The position numbers and the translations under genes were made by a program. Below, piece by piece: positions 48,958 to 57,470 of a stretch of 62,843 bases of DNA (the stretch's first letter is position 1; each line of letters starts with the position of its first letter). The stretch comes from a virus (Duplodnaviria > Caudoviricetes), in the IMG/VR virus record IMGVR_UViG_3300010362_000001, positions 1 through 62,843 of that record; one strand, written 5' to 3'. The notes under the pieces are model-generated. The model was not told where the DNA came from. It saw only the letters and a list, made by a program, of their open reading frames with translations, and searched no databases.

Positions 48958-50553
48958 ATGGGCTTACGCGGGCCGCGGGCGTTCTCGATCTCGAAGCGCG
49001 AGGCGATTGGCGATCTCGGGCCGCAGGCGTGGCAACCTGCCGGCCTGAAACGGTGGGAGAAGGTTGTCGCCTTTATCGAGTCGTTGACGATCACGTCGGG
49101 CGCGTTGGCCGGGCAGAAAATCAAGTTGCGCGGCTTTCAGCGCAAGTTCATCCGCGACGTCTATCGCGAGGTCGGCGGGCTGCGGCCGGTCAGAACTGCG
49201 GTTTTGAGCACCGGCCGCAAGAACGGCAAGACCCAACTCGCCGCGGCGCTGGCGCTGTGTCATCTGTGCGGGCCCGAGGCGGAGAACCGCGGCGAGGTTT
49301 ATTCGTGCGCCAACGATCGCTTTCAGGCGGCGAAGATTTTCCAGGAAATGATGGCGATGATCGCGCAATCGCCGTGGCTGATGGAACGCTGTCACGCCAT
49401 CTATGCGCAGCACATTCTCAACGATCTCGGCACCGGCTCGGTGTATGCGGCGCTGTCGCGCGAAGCGCGCACCAAGATGGGCCTGTCGCCGAGCTTCGTG
49501 ATCTACGACGAGCTAGGGCAGGCGCCCGACGACGCGCTCTATCGCGCCATGGACACCGCCATGGGCGCGCGGCTCAACCCGCTGATGATGGTGATCTCGA
49601 CCCAGGCCGCGGACGATTTTGCGCCGATGTCGCGGCTGATCGATTACGGGCTCAAGGTCAACTCGAAGCTGGTCAAGGATCCGGCGTTTCATCTGACGTT
49701 CTACGGCGCCGAGCACGACGACGATCCATGGAGCGTCGCGACGTGGCGCAAGGCCAACCCGGCGCTCGGCGACTTCCGCAGCATGGAGGATGTGCAACGG
49801 CAGGCGCAGCAGGCGCAGAGCATGCCGGCGATGGAGAATTCGTTCCGCAACCTGATCCTCAATCAGCGGGTCGCGTCGGAAACGCGGTTCGTCGATCGGA
49901 TCAAGTGGAAGGCGTGCGGCGGGGCGGCGCAAATCCCCGCCGGCGCGCGCGTGTTCGCCGCGGTCGATCTCGGGGCAACGCGCGACATGTCGGCGCTCGT
50001 TCTCTTGTACGGCGACGCACAGCAGGTGTTCCATGTGCTGCCGTACTTCTGGCTGCCCGGTAATCCGCAGACGCGTACCGACGAGGACCGCGCGCCGTAC
50101 GTCGAGTGGATCCGCAAGAAACTTTTGTATTCGATCGGCGAGACCACCGACCCGAAGGCCATCGCGCTCAAGATTGCCGAGCTGAACGGCATCTATCGCA
50201 TTACGGCGCTGGCGTTCGATCGCTGGCGCATCGGCGATTTGCAGCGCGAACTTTCTGCAATCGGCTGCCACGTGCCGCTCATACCGCACGGCCAGGGCTA
50301 CAAGGACATGGGCCCGGCGGTCGAAGTGCTCGAACGCCACATCGTCCAGGAGCGCATTCGCCACGGCAACCATCCGGTGCTGGCGATGAACGCCGCGCAT
50401 GCGGTTGTGACGCGCGACGCGACCAACGCGCGCAAGCTCGACAAGGCCAAGTCGAACGGACGCATCGACGGGCTCGTGGCGCTGGCGATGGCGTTCTCGA
50501 TCGCCCTGGTGAAGGGCATGAAGCCGGTCGACGTCGAGACAATGATCGGCTAA
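48958..50553 (+). CDS. terL: Terminase large subunit (Terminase_1 type)
   Basis: GRKNGKT, IYDELG, ISTQ, KANPALG, VDLG, IDGLVA. Confidence 0.95.
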   Translation: MGLRGPRAFSISKREAIGDLGPQAWQPAGLKRWEKVVAFIESLTITSGALAGQKIKLRGFQRKFIRDVYREVGGLRPVRTAVLSTGRKNGKTQLAAALALCHLCGPEAENRGEVYSCANDRFQAAKIFQEMMAMIAQSPWLMERCHAIYAQHILNDLGTGSVYAALSREARTKMGLSPSFVIYDELGQAPDDALYRAMDTAMGARLNPLMMVISTQAADDFAPMSRLIDYGLKVNSKLVKDPAFHLTFYGAEHDDDPWSVATWRKANPALGDFRSMEDVQRQAQQAQSMPAMENSFRNLILNQRVASETRFVDRIKWKACGGAAQIPAGARVFAAVDLGATRDMSALVLLYGDAQQVFHVLPYFWLPGNPQTRTDEDRAPYVEWIRKKLLYSIGETTDPKAIALKIAELNGIYRITALAFDRWRIGDLQRELSAIGCHVPLIPHGQGYKDMGPAVEVLERHIVQERIRHGNHPVLAMNAAHAVVTRDATNARKLDKAKSNGRIDGLVALAMAFSIALVKGMKPVDVETMIG

Positions 50554-50567
50554 GCGGAGCATCAATC

Positions 50568-50906
50568 ATGCCGACAGTAACATTCAAGCCGAAGATTCTC
50601 GCCGGCCAGTCGTTGAGCGATGCTGTCGACTGCAGTGGCGGCGACATCATGTATGTGATGATGCCGCCGGCTTGGGAACGGGCCAACATTTCGTTCCAGG
50701 CGTCGCCCGACAATGTCCTATTTGGTGACATCTGCACGGAGGATGGAAAAGAAGTGATGATTCCATGCCTTGCGGGAACGGCCGTGCAGATTCCGCCCGG
50801 ATTGACTGCGGCTAAAGGTTCGTGGCTCAAGATCCGTTCCGGCTCGCGCAATTATCCGGTGATGCAGACCATCGATCAGGAATTCATCATCGTCGTCGGC
50901 AGTTGA
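50568..50906 (+). CDS. Beta-rich protein, possible head decoration
   Basis: I.AG.SLS..VD, MP.AW..A.ISFQ.S.D, LKIRSG. Confidence 0.55.
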   Translation: MPTVTFKPKILAGQSLSDAVDCSGGDIMYVMMPPAWERANISFQASPDNVLFGDICTEDGKEVMIPCLAGTAVQIPPGLTAAKGSWLKIRSGSRNYPVMQTIDQEFIIVVGS

Positions 50907-50952
50907 TTTGGCCGACGTCGAGTTAATGATCTGGTGAAGGAAAGAACCCCCC

Positions 50953-51192
50953 ATGTTGCAGATCCTCCTACTCGTTGGCTTGCTGCTCGTCGTCCCGGCG
51001 GGCAGTGCAGCGGCGCAAGTCGGCGTCCAGGTCGGCCCCGGCGGCGTTCAGGTCGAGACCGGGCGCGACAGAGATCGACGCTATCGCGATCGCGATTACG
51101 AGCGGCGTCCGCAGCGATGCCGCGAAGTCAGAACGCGTACGCAAATGCCCGACGGGTCCATCAGGACCGTGAGAGAACGACGGTGCAGGTAA
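50953..51192 (+). CDS. Small secreted Arg-rich protein
   Basis: Signal peptide, VGPGGV, two Cys. Confidence 0.65.
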   Translation: MLQILLLVGLLLVVPAGSAAAQVGVQVGPGGVQVETGRDRDRRYRDRDYERRPQRCREVRTRTQMPDGSIRTVRERRCR

Positions 51193-51392
51193 ACATGCGG
51201 CGAAGAATCTACGAGGCTTCCCGCCATTATCCGGGCCTGCGCGCCAACGCGCGGGCGCGCGTGCGGCGATAAACCGATGACTGAATTCGTGATGCTGTAC
51301 GTCATGGCCAACGCCATCGCCGCATCATGGGCGCTTGCGTGGGTCAAGGCTGGCCAGTTCTTTCTAGCCTTCAACCATCAGGAGCCACCGCC

Positions 51393-51608
51393 ATGATCGA
51401 GCTTGCGATCAGTATCCTATGGCTCGCGCTCGGCATCATCGTTCTGCTTGGCGTCATCTGGTTGGTGCTCTACGGCATCAAGATTTTTACGCCGATCCCG
51501 CCGCGCATCGAGCAACTGGTCTGGATCGTCGTGCTGATCCTCATTCTGATCGCCGTGCTGTCGCTGCTCGCCGGCCATGGGGGCTCTATTCGACCTCCCT
51601 TTCGGTGA
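51393..51608 (+). CDS. Small two-TM membrane protein
   Basis: AGGAG RBS; two hydrophobic helices around PIPP. Confidence 0.7.
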   Translation: MIELAISILWLALGIIVLLGVIWLVLYGIKIFTPIPPRIEQLVWIVVLILILIAVLSLLAGHGGSIRPPFR

Positions 51609-51678
51609 GTCCCAGGTCGAGCCGCTGTCGCCTTACCCGCCCGGCCCGCCGCCGATTTGCCGGGGATGCTGAAAAAAC

Positions 51679-52242
51679 TTAACCGGCCTTGAATTTCCCG
51701 GCCAGCGCGGCGCGGATCTCGCGCGCGGTGTGCTGCCGTTCCGGCTTCGATCTTGATCGTTCCTCGTGCCATTCGCCATCGGAAGCCATGGCCGGCGGGA
51801 ACAGCGTAAAGGCGTCCTGGCTGCTGTAGCGAATGATGGCGGCGACGCCGTGCTCGCCGCGCTCGGCCAGGAAGGCACGCAGCGCCGGATCGCGGTGGGC
51901 ATCGGGATGCTTCGGGTCGACCCACACCTGAATGACCGGAACGTCGATGCGCTCGCCGGTCTCATCGTTCTGGATCGAGATGTAATCCGGCAGGACATCG
52001 ACGACGTAATGCGCGCGGTCGGGACGCGCGCCGGTATCGTGGCCGGTCAGCCAAGCGCAGGACCATAGCTTGCACGACATCGGCATCGTGTCGGTGCCAT
52101 AGACGCGGCAGCCCTTGCCGTGCGCTTGGTGCTCGCAGCGCGTATTCGCAGGTTTGCCGATCTCGCCGACGGGAAGAAGCTTGCAGCAAAGCTGGCAGTC
52201 GCCGCACTTGCGGACTTTACTCGTCGCGATAAACTTGATCAC
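51679..52242 (-). CDS. CxxCxxCC (YkgJ-like) metal-cluster protein
   Basis: CGDCQLCCK, C.H, C.VY...P.SC..W.C.WL. Confidence 0.8.
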   Translation of the reverse strand: MIKFIATSKVRKCGDCQLCCKLLPVGEIGKPANTRCEHQAHGKGCRVYGTDTMPMSCKLWSCAWLTGHDTGARPDRAHYVVDVLPDYISIQNDETGERIDVPVIQVWVDPKHPDAHRDPALRAFLAERGEHGVAAIIRYSSQDAFTLFPPAMASDGEWHEERSRSKPERQHTAREIRAALAGKFKAG

Positions 52243-52459
52243 GGGCTCGGTCCTCGGCCCCCATTTGCCATTGGAGCAGTTCCACGATGTGCGCGTCGAG
52301 CGTACGCAGTTCCTCTAGTATCTCTTTGTGTCGGCGTTCTGCTTCTTGCCAGCGCTTCTGCCGGTGCTCGTCCATCTCTCGGGCGACGCGGGAGACAACG
52401 AGCCCAAGGACAACTATGGGAATGAGCCACGCGAATATACCTAAGAACAGATCGGCCAT
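52217..52459 (-). CDS. Small single-TM protein
   Basis: N-terminal hydrophobic helix + coiled coil. Confidence 0.55.
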   Translation of the reverse strand: MADLFLGIFAWLIPIVVLGLVVSRVAREMDEHRQKRWQEAERRHKEILEELRTLDAHIVELLQWQMGAEDRARDQVYRDE

Positions 52460-52466
52460 GGCTCGG

Positions 52467-52640
52467 CTACTCGCTGGGAGCGCTCACGCGCGTCGCGAGG
52501 ATATCGATGCGCGCCGCGATGCCGTCGAGCCGTTGCTCAAGGCGATCGATCTTGGTTTGCAGCACCGAGAACTCGGCGCGCGTTTCCTCGCGATGTTCGG
52601 TGATCAGCTTGGCAAGCAGTTCGTTGGTGACGTCTGCCAT
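52467..52640 (-). CDS. Small coiled-coil protein
   Basis: MADVTNELL...KIDRLEQRLD. Confidence 0.55.
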   Translation of the reverse strand: MADVTNELLAKLITEHREETRAEFSVLQTKIDRLEQRLDGIAARIDILATRVSAPSE

Positions 52641-52644
52641 TGGT

Positions 52645-52860
52645 TCATTCCGCCGGGATCGGGGTTTCGGCGGCCTTCGCCGTGATCTTCGCGTTGACCA
52701 GAACGCGCAAAAGTTTCTGGACCGGGATGGGGATTTTGTCGCCATTGGCCCACCCGTGAGTCGAGCGGATCGAGACGCCGAGAAATTGAGCCGCAGTGCC
52801 TTGAGTCAGGTCCAGTTGTTCGAGCGCGCGCCGGAACTCGAATTTCGTCATCGTGCGCAT
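52645..52860 (-). CDS. Small Xre/Cro-like HTH protein
   Basis: EFRRALEQLDLTQGTAAQFLGVSIRS...W..G..IP. Confidence 0.8.
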   Translation of the reverse strand: MRTMTKFEFRRALEQLDLTQGTAAQFLGVSIRSTHGWANGDKIPIPVQKLLRVLVNAKITAKAAETPIPAE

Positions 52861-52938
52861 GGATATGTCCAAACCTCCATGTCCGTTGTCGGCCGGAAGC
52901 ATAGGCATAAATTGCGTACGCGCAAGAGTATCTGCGGG

Positions 52939-53205
52939 CTATCTCTTGGGCGCAGTCGATCTGCCGATGGTGACGCCGCGACTGTCGCGGAATGTCGTGG
53001 TGCCCTGGCTGTCGGTCGTCGCCGTGCTCGTGGTCCTGCCGCTGGCATCGCGGAACGTGGTGACGTTCCCGCTCGTTGTGGCCGTGCCGACGGATCGGCC
53101 GTCAGGCCCGTAGAATCGCTGCTGCTGCGCGGCGGCCGGCGTTGCGAGCGCCGGAGTTACAACGAGAATCAGCGCGCCCGCTTGGGCCAGAAACTTGGTG
53201 ATCAT
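52939..53205 (-). CDS. Secreted beta-hairpin repeat protein
   Basis: Signal peptide; three F(Y/R)D..GR..T repeats. Confidence 0.7.
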   Translation of the reverse strand: MITKFLAQAGALILVVTPALATPAAAQQQRFYGPDGRSVGTATTSGNVTTFRDASGRTTSTATTDSQGTTTFRDSRGVTIGRSTAPKR

Positions 53206-53423
53206 CACAGCCTCGTTGAAATGGTCATGAGTTGCGTGATGACCAAGCCAAATCCGGCAACCATCGCGCCAAACATCAGCGTTACCGTCCATTGCAGATA
53301 CGTCAGGGTTGTTTCGATCTTGGCCTGACGAATCTCAAAGCCATAGACTTCACGGGCGCTCTCTCGCGCATCCTCGTCTGAGGCCCCGATCTTTTTGAGC
53401 GTCTCAAACAAGCGAATGGTCAT
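53205..53423 (-). CDS. Small C-terminally anchored membrane protein
   Basis: LFETLKKIGASDEDAR...LQW + TM helix (DUF1640-like). Confidence 0.65.
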   Translation of the reverse strand: MTIRLFETLKKIGASDEDARESAREVYGFEIRQAKIETTLTYLQWTVTLMFGAMVAGFGLVITQLMTISTRL

Positions 53424-53439
53424 TTCGTTCTCCCAGAGG

Positions 53440-53775
53440 TTACAGGGCGCGCATGAATTCAGCGTCGCCGAAGACGACGACGACCGGGCCGACCAGCACG
53501 TCGATCCGTTGGGCCGGTTGCAGTCCGGCGTGCCACAGCATCGTCGCCATCTCGTTCACCGGCAGGTCTTTCATCTTGCCTTCTTCGTCGCAGAAGGCGG
53601 CGCAGCGTACGAGGCGATCGGCGGCGCGGGACGGATAGCGCGTGAAGCCCGGCACTGCCTCAAGCCAGCCGCCGTCGAGCATGGCCTTCAGCGTTTCGAG
53701 ATCGGGCACCGCCGTGAACGTGGTCACGGTCGGCGCCATGTCGCCCGGCCGATAAAGATGCGCTTCGCCGTGCAT
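53440..53775 (-). CDS. DUF3846-like protein
   Basis: GGWLEAV, CDEEGK...LPVN..AT, D.LVG.VV. Confidence 0.75.
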   Translation of the reverse strand: MHGEAHLYRPGDMAPTVTTFTAVPDLETLKAMLDGGWLEAVPGFTRYPSRAADRLVRCAAFCDEEGKMKDLPVNEMATMLWHAGLQPAQRIDVLVGPVVVVFGDAEFMRAL

Positions 53776-53778
53776 GGT

Positions 53779-54126
53779 TTACAATGGCCGGATGGTCCAA
53801 GTGCCGGTGTTAGGTTCGACCACTTGCGCGGTCTCGGCCTGTTGTGACGCATGATTGCGGTACTGTTGCTCGAACTCTTCAATCATTTGCAACATGTAAC
53901 GCCCTGCGTGCAGCCATTTACCTGCGCCGTTGCCCATGGGGCCACCGTTGACGTACAGCGCGCCATTTTTATCGACATCAATCTTCACGGTCATTTTCGC
54001 CTTGTTGTCCGCGAATTCCACACGCATGTGGTTGCGCACATCTTCCAAACTGTTCATTGTCGTAGTCCTTCTGTTGATCGTCAGGTACAGGATCTCGTCA
54101 GGCAGCAGCGTCGCGTTGATTTTCAT
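53779..54126 (-). CDS. Hypothetical lower-GC protein (start uncertain)
   Basis: Operon position; A/T-richer codons. Confidence 0.5.
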   Translation of the reverse strand: MKINATLLPDEILYLTINRRTTTMNSLEDVRNHMRVEFADNKAKMTVKIDVDKNGALYVNGGPMGNGAGKWLHAGRYMLQMIEEFEQQYRNHASQQAETAQVVEPNTGTWTIRPL

Positions 54127-54329
54127 AGATGGCCGTCAGCAACCGAAGCAACCGAGGCCATCGCCTCTCGGACACCGCTACGAGCTTATTGCCGGGCAGA
54201 GCCACAAGCATTCGGCCATCGGCAGCTGGTTGGATGCAGACTTCGAATTTCACGCCTTTCATCTTCGTAGCCCTTCTTCTTGCTGCATGAGCGCAGCGGC
54301 TTTGCTGCATGAGCGCAGCGAACGAGTAG

Positions 54330-54725
54330 TCATGCGGCTTTGTCCTTGGGCGCGTCTTCGTCGAGCACGGCGACGAAGAGATCATCGCGAGCGATGACCG
54401 TGAGAAGAGATGCCGCGAGCTTCTGTTCCGTCGTGCCGGAACGGTGCGCTCGCGCTTCGAGCAAGTCGACGATGCCGCCCGGCAGTTCTACGATCAGACG
54501 CACGCAAGAAGCCTTGACGCGCGGCTGCGGCGGTTCGGCGGCGCGCTCCGGTTGCTTCGGCCGGCGCAACGAGATGCCAAGCTGCGCGCACTTGGCTTTG
54601 AGCGTGCCCGGCCTGCAGCCGATCGCATCGGCAATGTCGCGCACGGTGTAGCCGTTGGCGAGGTACAGCGGCACATCGGCAAGCTGCGCGATGATCGCTT
54701 CGGTGAAGATCCTGTTGTCGTCCAT
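54330..54725 (-). CDS. HTH + RHH-like DNA-binding protein
   Basis: IADAIGC..GTLK..C..LGISLRR; LL..IA.DDLF.AVLD. Confidence 0.7.
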   Translation of the reverse strand: MDDNRIFTEAIIAQLADVPLYLANGYTVRDIADAIGCRPGTLKAKCAQLGISLRRPKQPERAAEPPQPRVKASCVRLIVELPGGIVDLLEARAHRSGTTEQKLAASLLTVIARDDLFVAVLDEDAPKDKAA

Positions 54726-54949
54726 CAGCGTCCGTACGTGTTTTGTTGCGTGCGCGCGCGCCGTCGATCGGCCTCGCGTCTGAGGTTGTGCAAATAAGCT
54801 TCGGCGTGCGTGACGTCGGTGTCGAGCGCGTTGGCTTGCGCGTACCAGCGTTTCCACGTGCTTTCGGAAATGTTCGGCACGACGCAGGCGACGCCGCGCT
54901 TGCGCAGCGCGGTAACGACGGCGATCTGCCATTCACGATATGCGGTCAT
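54725..54949 (-). CDS. Hypothetical protein
   Basis: GGAG RBS; TGATG coupling to the next gene. Confidence 0.5.
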   Translation of the reverse strand: MTAYREWQIAVVTALRKRGVACVVPNISESTWKRWYAQANALDTDVTHAEAYLHNLRREADRRRARTQQNTYGR

Positions 54950-55018
54950 GATCTCCATATACGCAGGTATTGCGCAGTACGCAAGCCATGCGCTGAAAAA
55001 AGCTGACCACTCGGAAAG

Positions 55019-55486
55019 ATGACAAAGAGTTTTCCAGAAACTCAGGCCGCTGCGCGCGCCGTCGCGGTCAAGCTTGGCTTCGATCCGGGGCGGATCGAAC
55101 TTTGTGACGACGAACGGCAGGTCGAGCTGAATGGCCGGACTTATCAGTACGCCGCAGTGTGCGACGGCGCGGCGATCGTCCTCTATGCCAGATACGTCAT
55201 CCCGGAGACGGCCACCGGCATCGCCGCGCACGCGATCACGCACAACAAGTTCACCAAGTTCTTGGCCAACTCTGGCGGACGGGTCGACTACGCCGGCCGC
55301 TACGAGGGCGTGACCGAATGCAGCCGGCGCTATTGGCAGGCCCATGCCCGGCGTCGCATCGATGCCAGCGGCGCCGCCGCCAACATGCTCGCCGAGATGG
55401 CGCGCATTAAAGTCGAGACCAACAAGCTGCCGGGCAGCCGGGACTGGCGCGAACTCTATCGGCTCGTCGACAAGGGCTTCGAATGA
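55019..55486 (+). CDS. Zincin-like metallopeptidase homologue with degenerate active site
   Basis: AHAITH in place of HExxH; GVT..S..YW; NMLAE in place of E..AE. Confidence 0.5.
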   Translation: MTKSFPETQAAARAVAVKLGFDPGRIELCDDERQVELNGRTYQYAAVCDGAAIVLYARYVIPETATGIAAHAITHNKFTKFLANSGGRVDYAGRYEGVTECSRRYWQAHARRRIDASGAAANMLAEMARIKVETNKLPGSRDWRELYRLVDKGFE

Positions 55487-57222
55487 TGCAGCAAATGCTC
55501 GACATCGAAGGCCGGCCGGCGCTCGTCACGTTCATGGACGAGATGTTCGTGCCTGTCGATGATCCCGACGAGGCGGCGCTGGTCAAAGCGCAATTCACCG
55601 ATCGCGCCGGCGGCGTCGTCTTTTTGGTGCCGCAGGCCAAAGAGTTCGACGAGTCGAAGCATCCGCGCGAGCCAGCCGGGTCGCCGACCGGCGGACAGTT
55701 CACATCGGGCGGCGGTGGCGGTCCTGGTGGCGAAGCTAAGCCGGCAGAGGAAAAGCCGCCGAGCGTCAGCACCAAGGCCAAGAAGAAAACCGAGGCCAAG
55801 GACTTCAGCGAAGACAAGATCGAACTTGATTCCGGCACGATCGCCAACAAGGAGAAGCAGGAGAAATTTTTAAATCGCTGGAATAGCGGCATTGATATCG
55901 ATCCGGGCGAATTCAAAAAGCAGTTTCTCGGCGGGCTGCCGGGCACGATGTCGATTTACTATCGCGACGCCGAAGATACGATGGACATTAGCGGCCGCAT
56001 CGAGGATGCCAATGGCAACGTCATCGCTGATTACACGCGCGAGATCAGGTTCCGCCAGGGCGTGCCCGACTCGGCCTATTCGTCCTACTTCAAAATGAAA
56101 AAGGCAGAACAGGGCGGCGGCGTTGGCAAGACCATGCTGAAAGCCAACGTCGACATGTACCAGAAAATCGGCGCGAAGAAACTCTCGGTCAGTGCCAACA
56201 TCGACGTCGGCGGCTATGCCTGGGCCAAGTATGGCTACGTGCCGACGCCCGGCAGTTGGTCCGCGTTGCGATCGATCATCGGTGAACGCATCGACAAACT
56301 GCAGGGGCGCAGCGCGCGCGCGAGCGGTGGCGGCGGCGATACCTATACGCCCGACGAATGGGCGGCCATGGGCGAGGAGGATCACGAGCGCATTTTCCGC
56401 GCGTGGGCGAACTCGACGCGCAGTGAGTTTATTGATTTCGAGATCGAAAGCTGGCGCGACAGCGGGCAGCCGCTCGAAGACGCCAAAAATGAACTCGCCG
56501 GAAACTATTCGCCCGATGCCGAATGGGCGCAGGCGGCGCTGGAACGCGTGCGCGAAAAACGCGAGGATGCCGGCAAGCCGCCGATCCCGTTCACCGATGC
56601 GCAGCTACTCGAAGCCATCACCGTCGAAGAATATCAATCGCGTTACGGCGACGGGCGTGACGATCCTGACATCTCGTTCGATGATGACAAGCTGACCGCG
56701 CCGACCGGCTACGATCCGGCGCAACAGACCTTGCCACTGCCGGGGGTCGAGCCGCTAGAGCCGCACGAAATGCTGACCGAGGACATGCGCAAGGATCTCG
56801 ACAAGGCATTGGTCCGCGCGTTCAACAATGAGGCCGAGGCCAAGGCAGCCGACATGCCGACGCCGGATTGGATCGGGCAGGAGGTCGAAGAGCGCCAGGG
56901 CGAATACTGGGACAGCATGGACGAGGGCGGCCGTTACGAATGGGCCGAACGCAACGGCGAATTGCCGGAATACCCGATCGAGGAAGAAGACGAGGACGAC
57001 GAGGCGCCCGAACCGCAAGCGCCGATCACGCCGGCCGATGAAACGCCGCTGGAAGCGGTGCGCAAGCTGGCGCAAAGTTCAGATCCCAAAGCGCTGTGGG
57101 CGATTGCCGATTCGAAGTACGGCAAGGATCTCCTGCTCAATACAAACTGGTCGGGCGTCATCGATTTCAGCGATAAGCAGACAATGGATCGGTTCAATGC
57201 CTACGTCGGACGAAAAAAGTAA
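55483..57222 (+). CDS. HPR-motif protein with GNAT-like acetyltransferase domain and acidic insertion
   Basis: FDESKHPR....GGQFT; QGGGVGK acetyl-CoA loop; ANIDVGGYAWAKYGY. Confidence 0.7.
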   Translation: MMQQMLDIEGRPALVTFMDEMFVPVDDPDEAALVKAQFTDRAGGVVFLVPQAKEFDESKHPREPAGSPTGGQFTSGGGGGPGGEAKPAEEKPPSVSTKAKKKTEAKDFSEDKIELDSGTIANKEKQEKFLNRWNSGIDIDPGEFKKQFLGGLPGTMSIYYRDAEDTMDISGRIEDANGNVIADYTREIRFRQGVPDSAYSSYFKMKKAEQGGGVGKTMLKANVDMYQKIGAKKLSVSANIDVGGYAWAKYGYVPTPGSWSALRSIIGERIDKLQGRSARASGGGGDTYTPDEWAAMGEEDHERIFRAWANSTRSEFIDFEIESWRDSGQPLEDAKNELAGNYSPDAEWAQAALERVREKREDAGKPPIPFTDAQLLEAITVEEYQSRYGDGRDDPDISFDDDKLTAPTGYDPAQQTLPLPGVEPLEPHEMLTEDMRKDLDKALVRAFNNEAEAKAADMPTPDWIGQEVEERQGEYWDSMDEGGRYEWAERNGELPEYPIEEEDEDDEAPEPQAPITPADETPLEAVRKLAQSSDPKALWAIADSKYGKDLLLNTNWSGVIDFSDKQTMDRFNAYVGRKK

Positions 57223-57403
57223 CCCGCCAGCGCGCGAGTTCTTCTATCTCGGCAAGAGCCTCAAGCAGGACGCCGAGCTACATGACCCGATCATCGCCGC
57301 CGGTGATCAGGAAACCGCGCGCAAGGTCGCGCGCGCAGTCGCCAAGGACATCGGCCTGACCGACGAAGAGATCGTGGCCATCGGGCTTGGCCCGAAAGAC
57401 TGA
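57197..57403 (+). CDS. Small protein overlapping the GNAT gene end
   Basis: 68-aa ORF MPTSDEKSNPPAREFFY...GLTDEEI. Confidence 0.5.
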   Translation: MPTSDEKSNPPAREFFYLGKSLKQDAELHDPIIAAGDQETARKVARAVAKDIGLTDEEIVAIGLGPKD

Positions 57404-57470
57404 CGAGAACTTTCCAACCTCACGACGACGCGCGCGGGCGCTCTCGCGTGCGCGAACGATGGAGCGCGCC

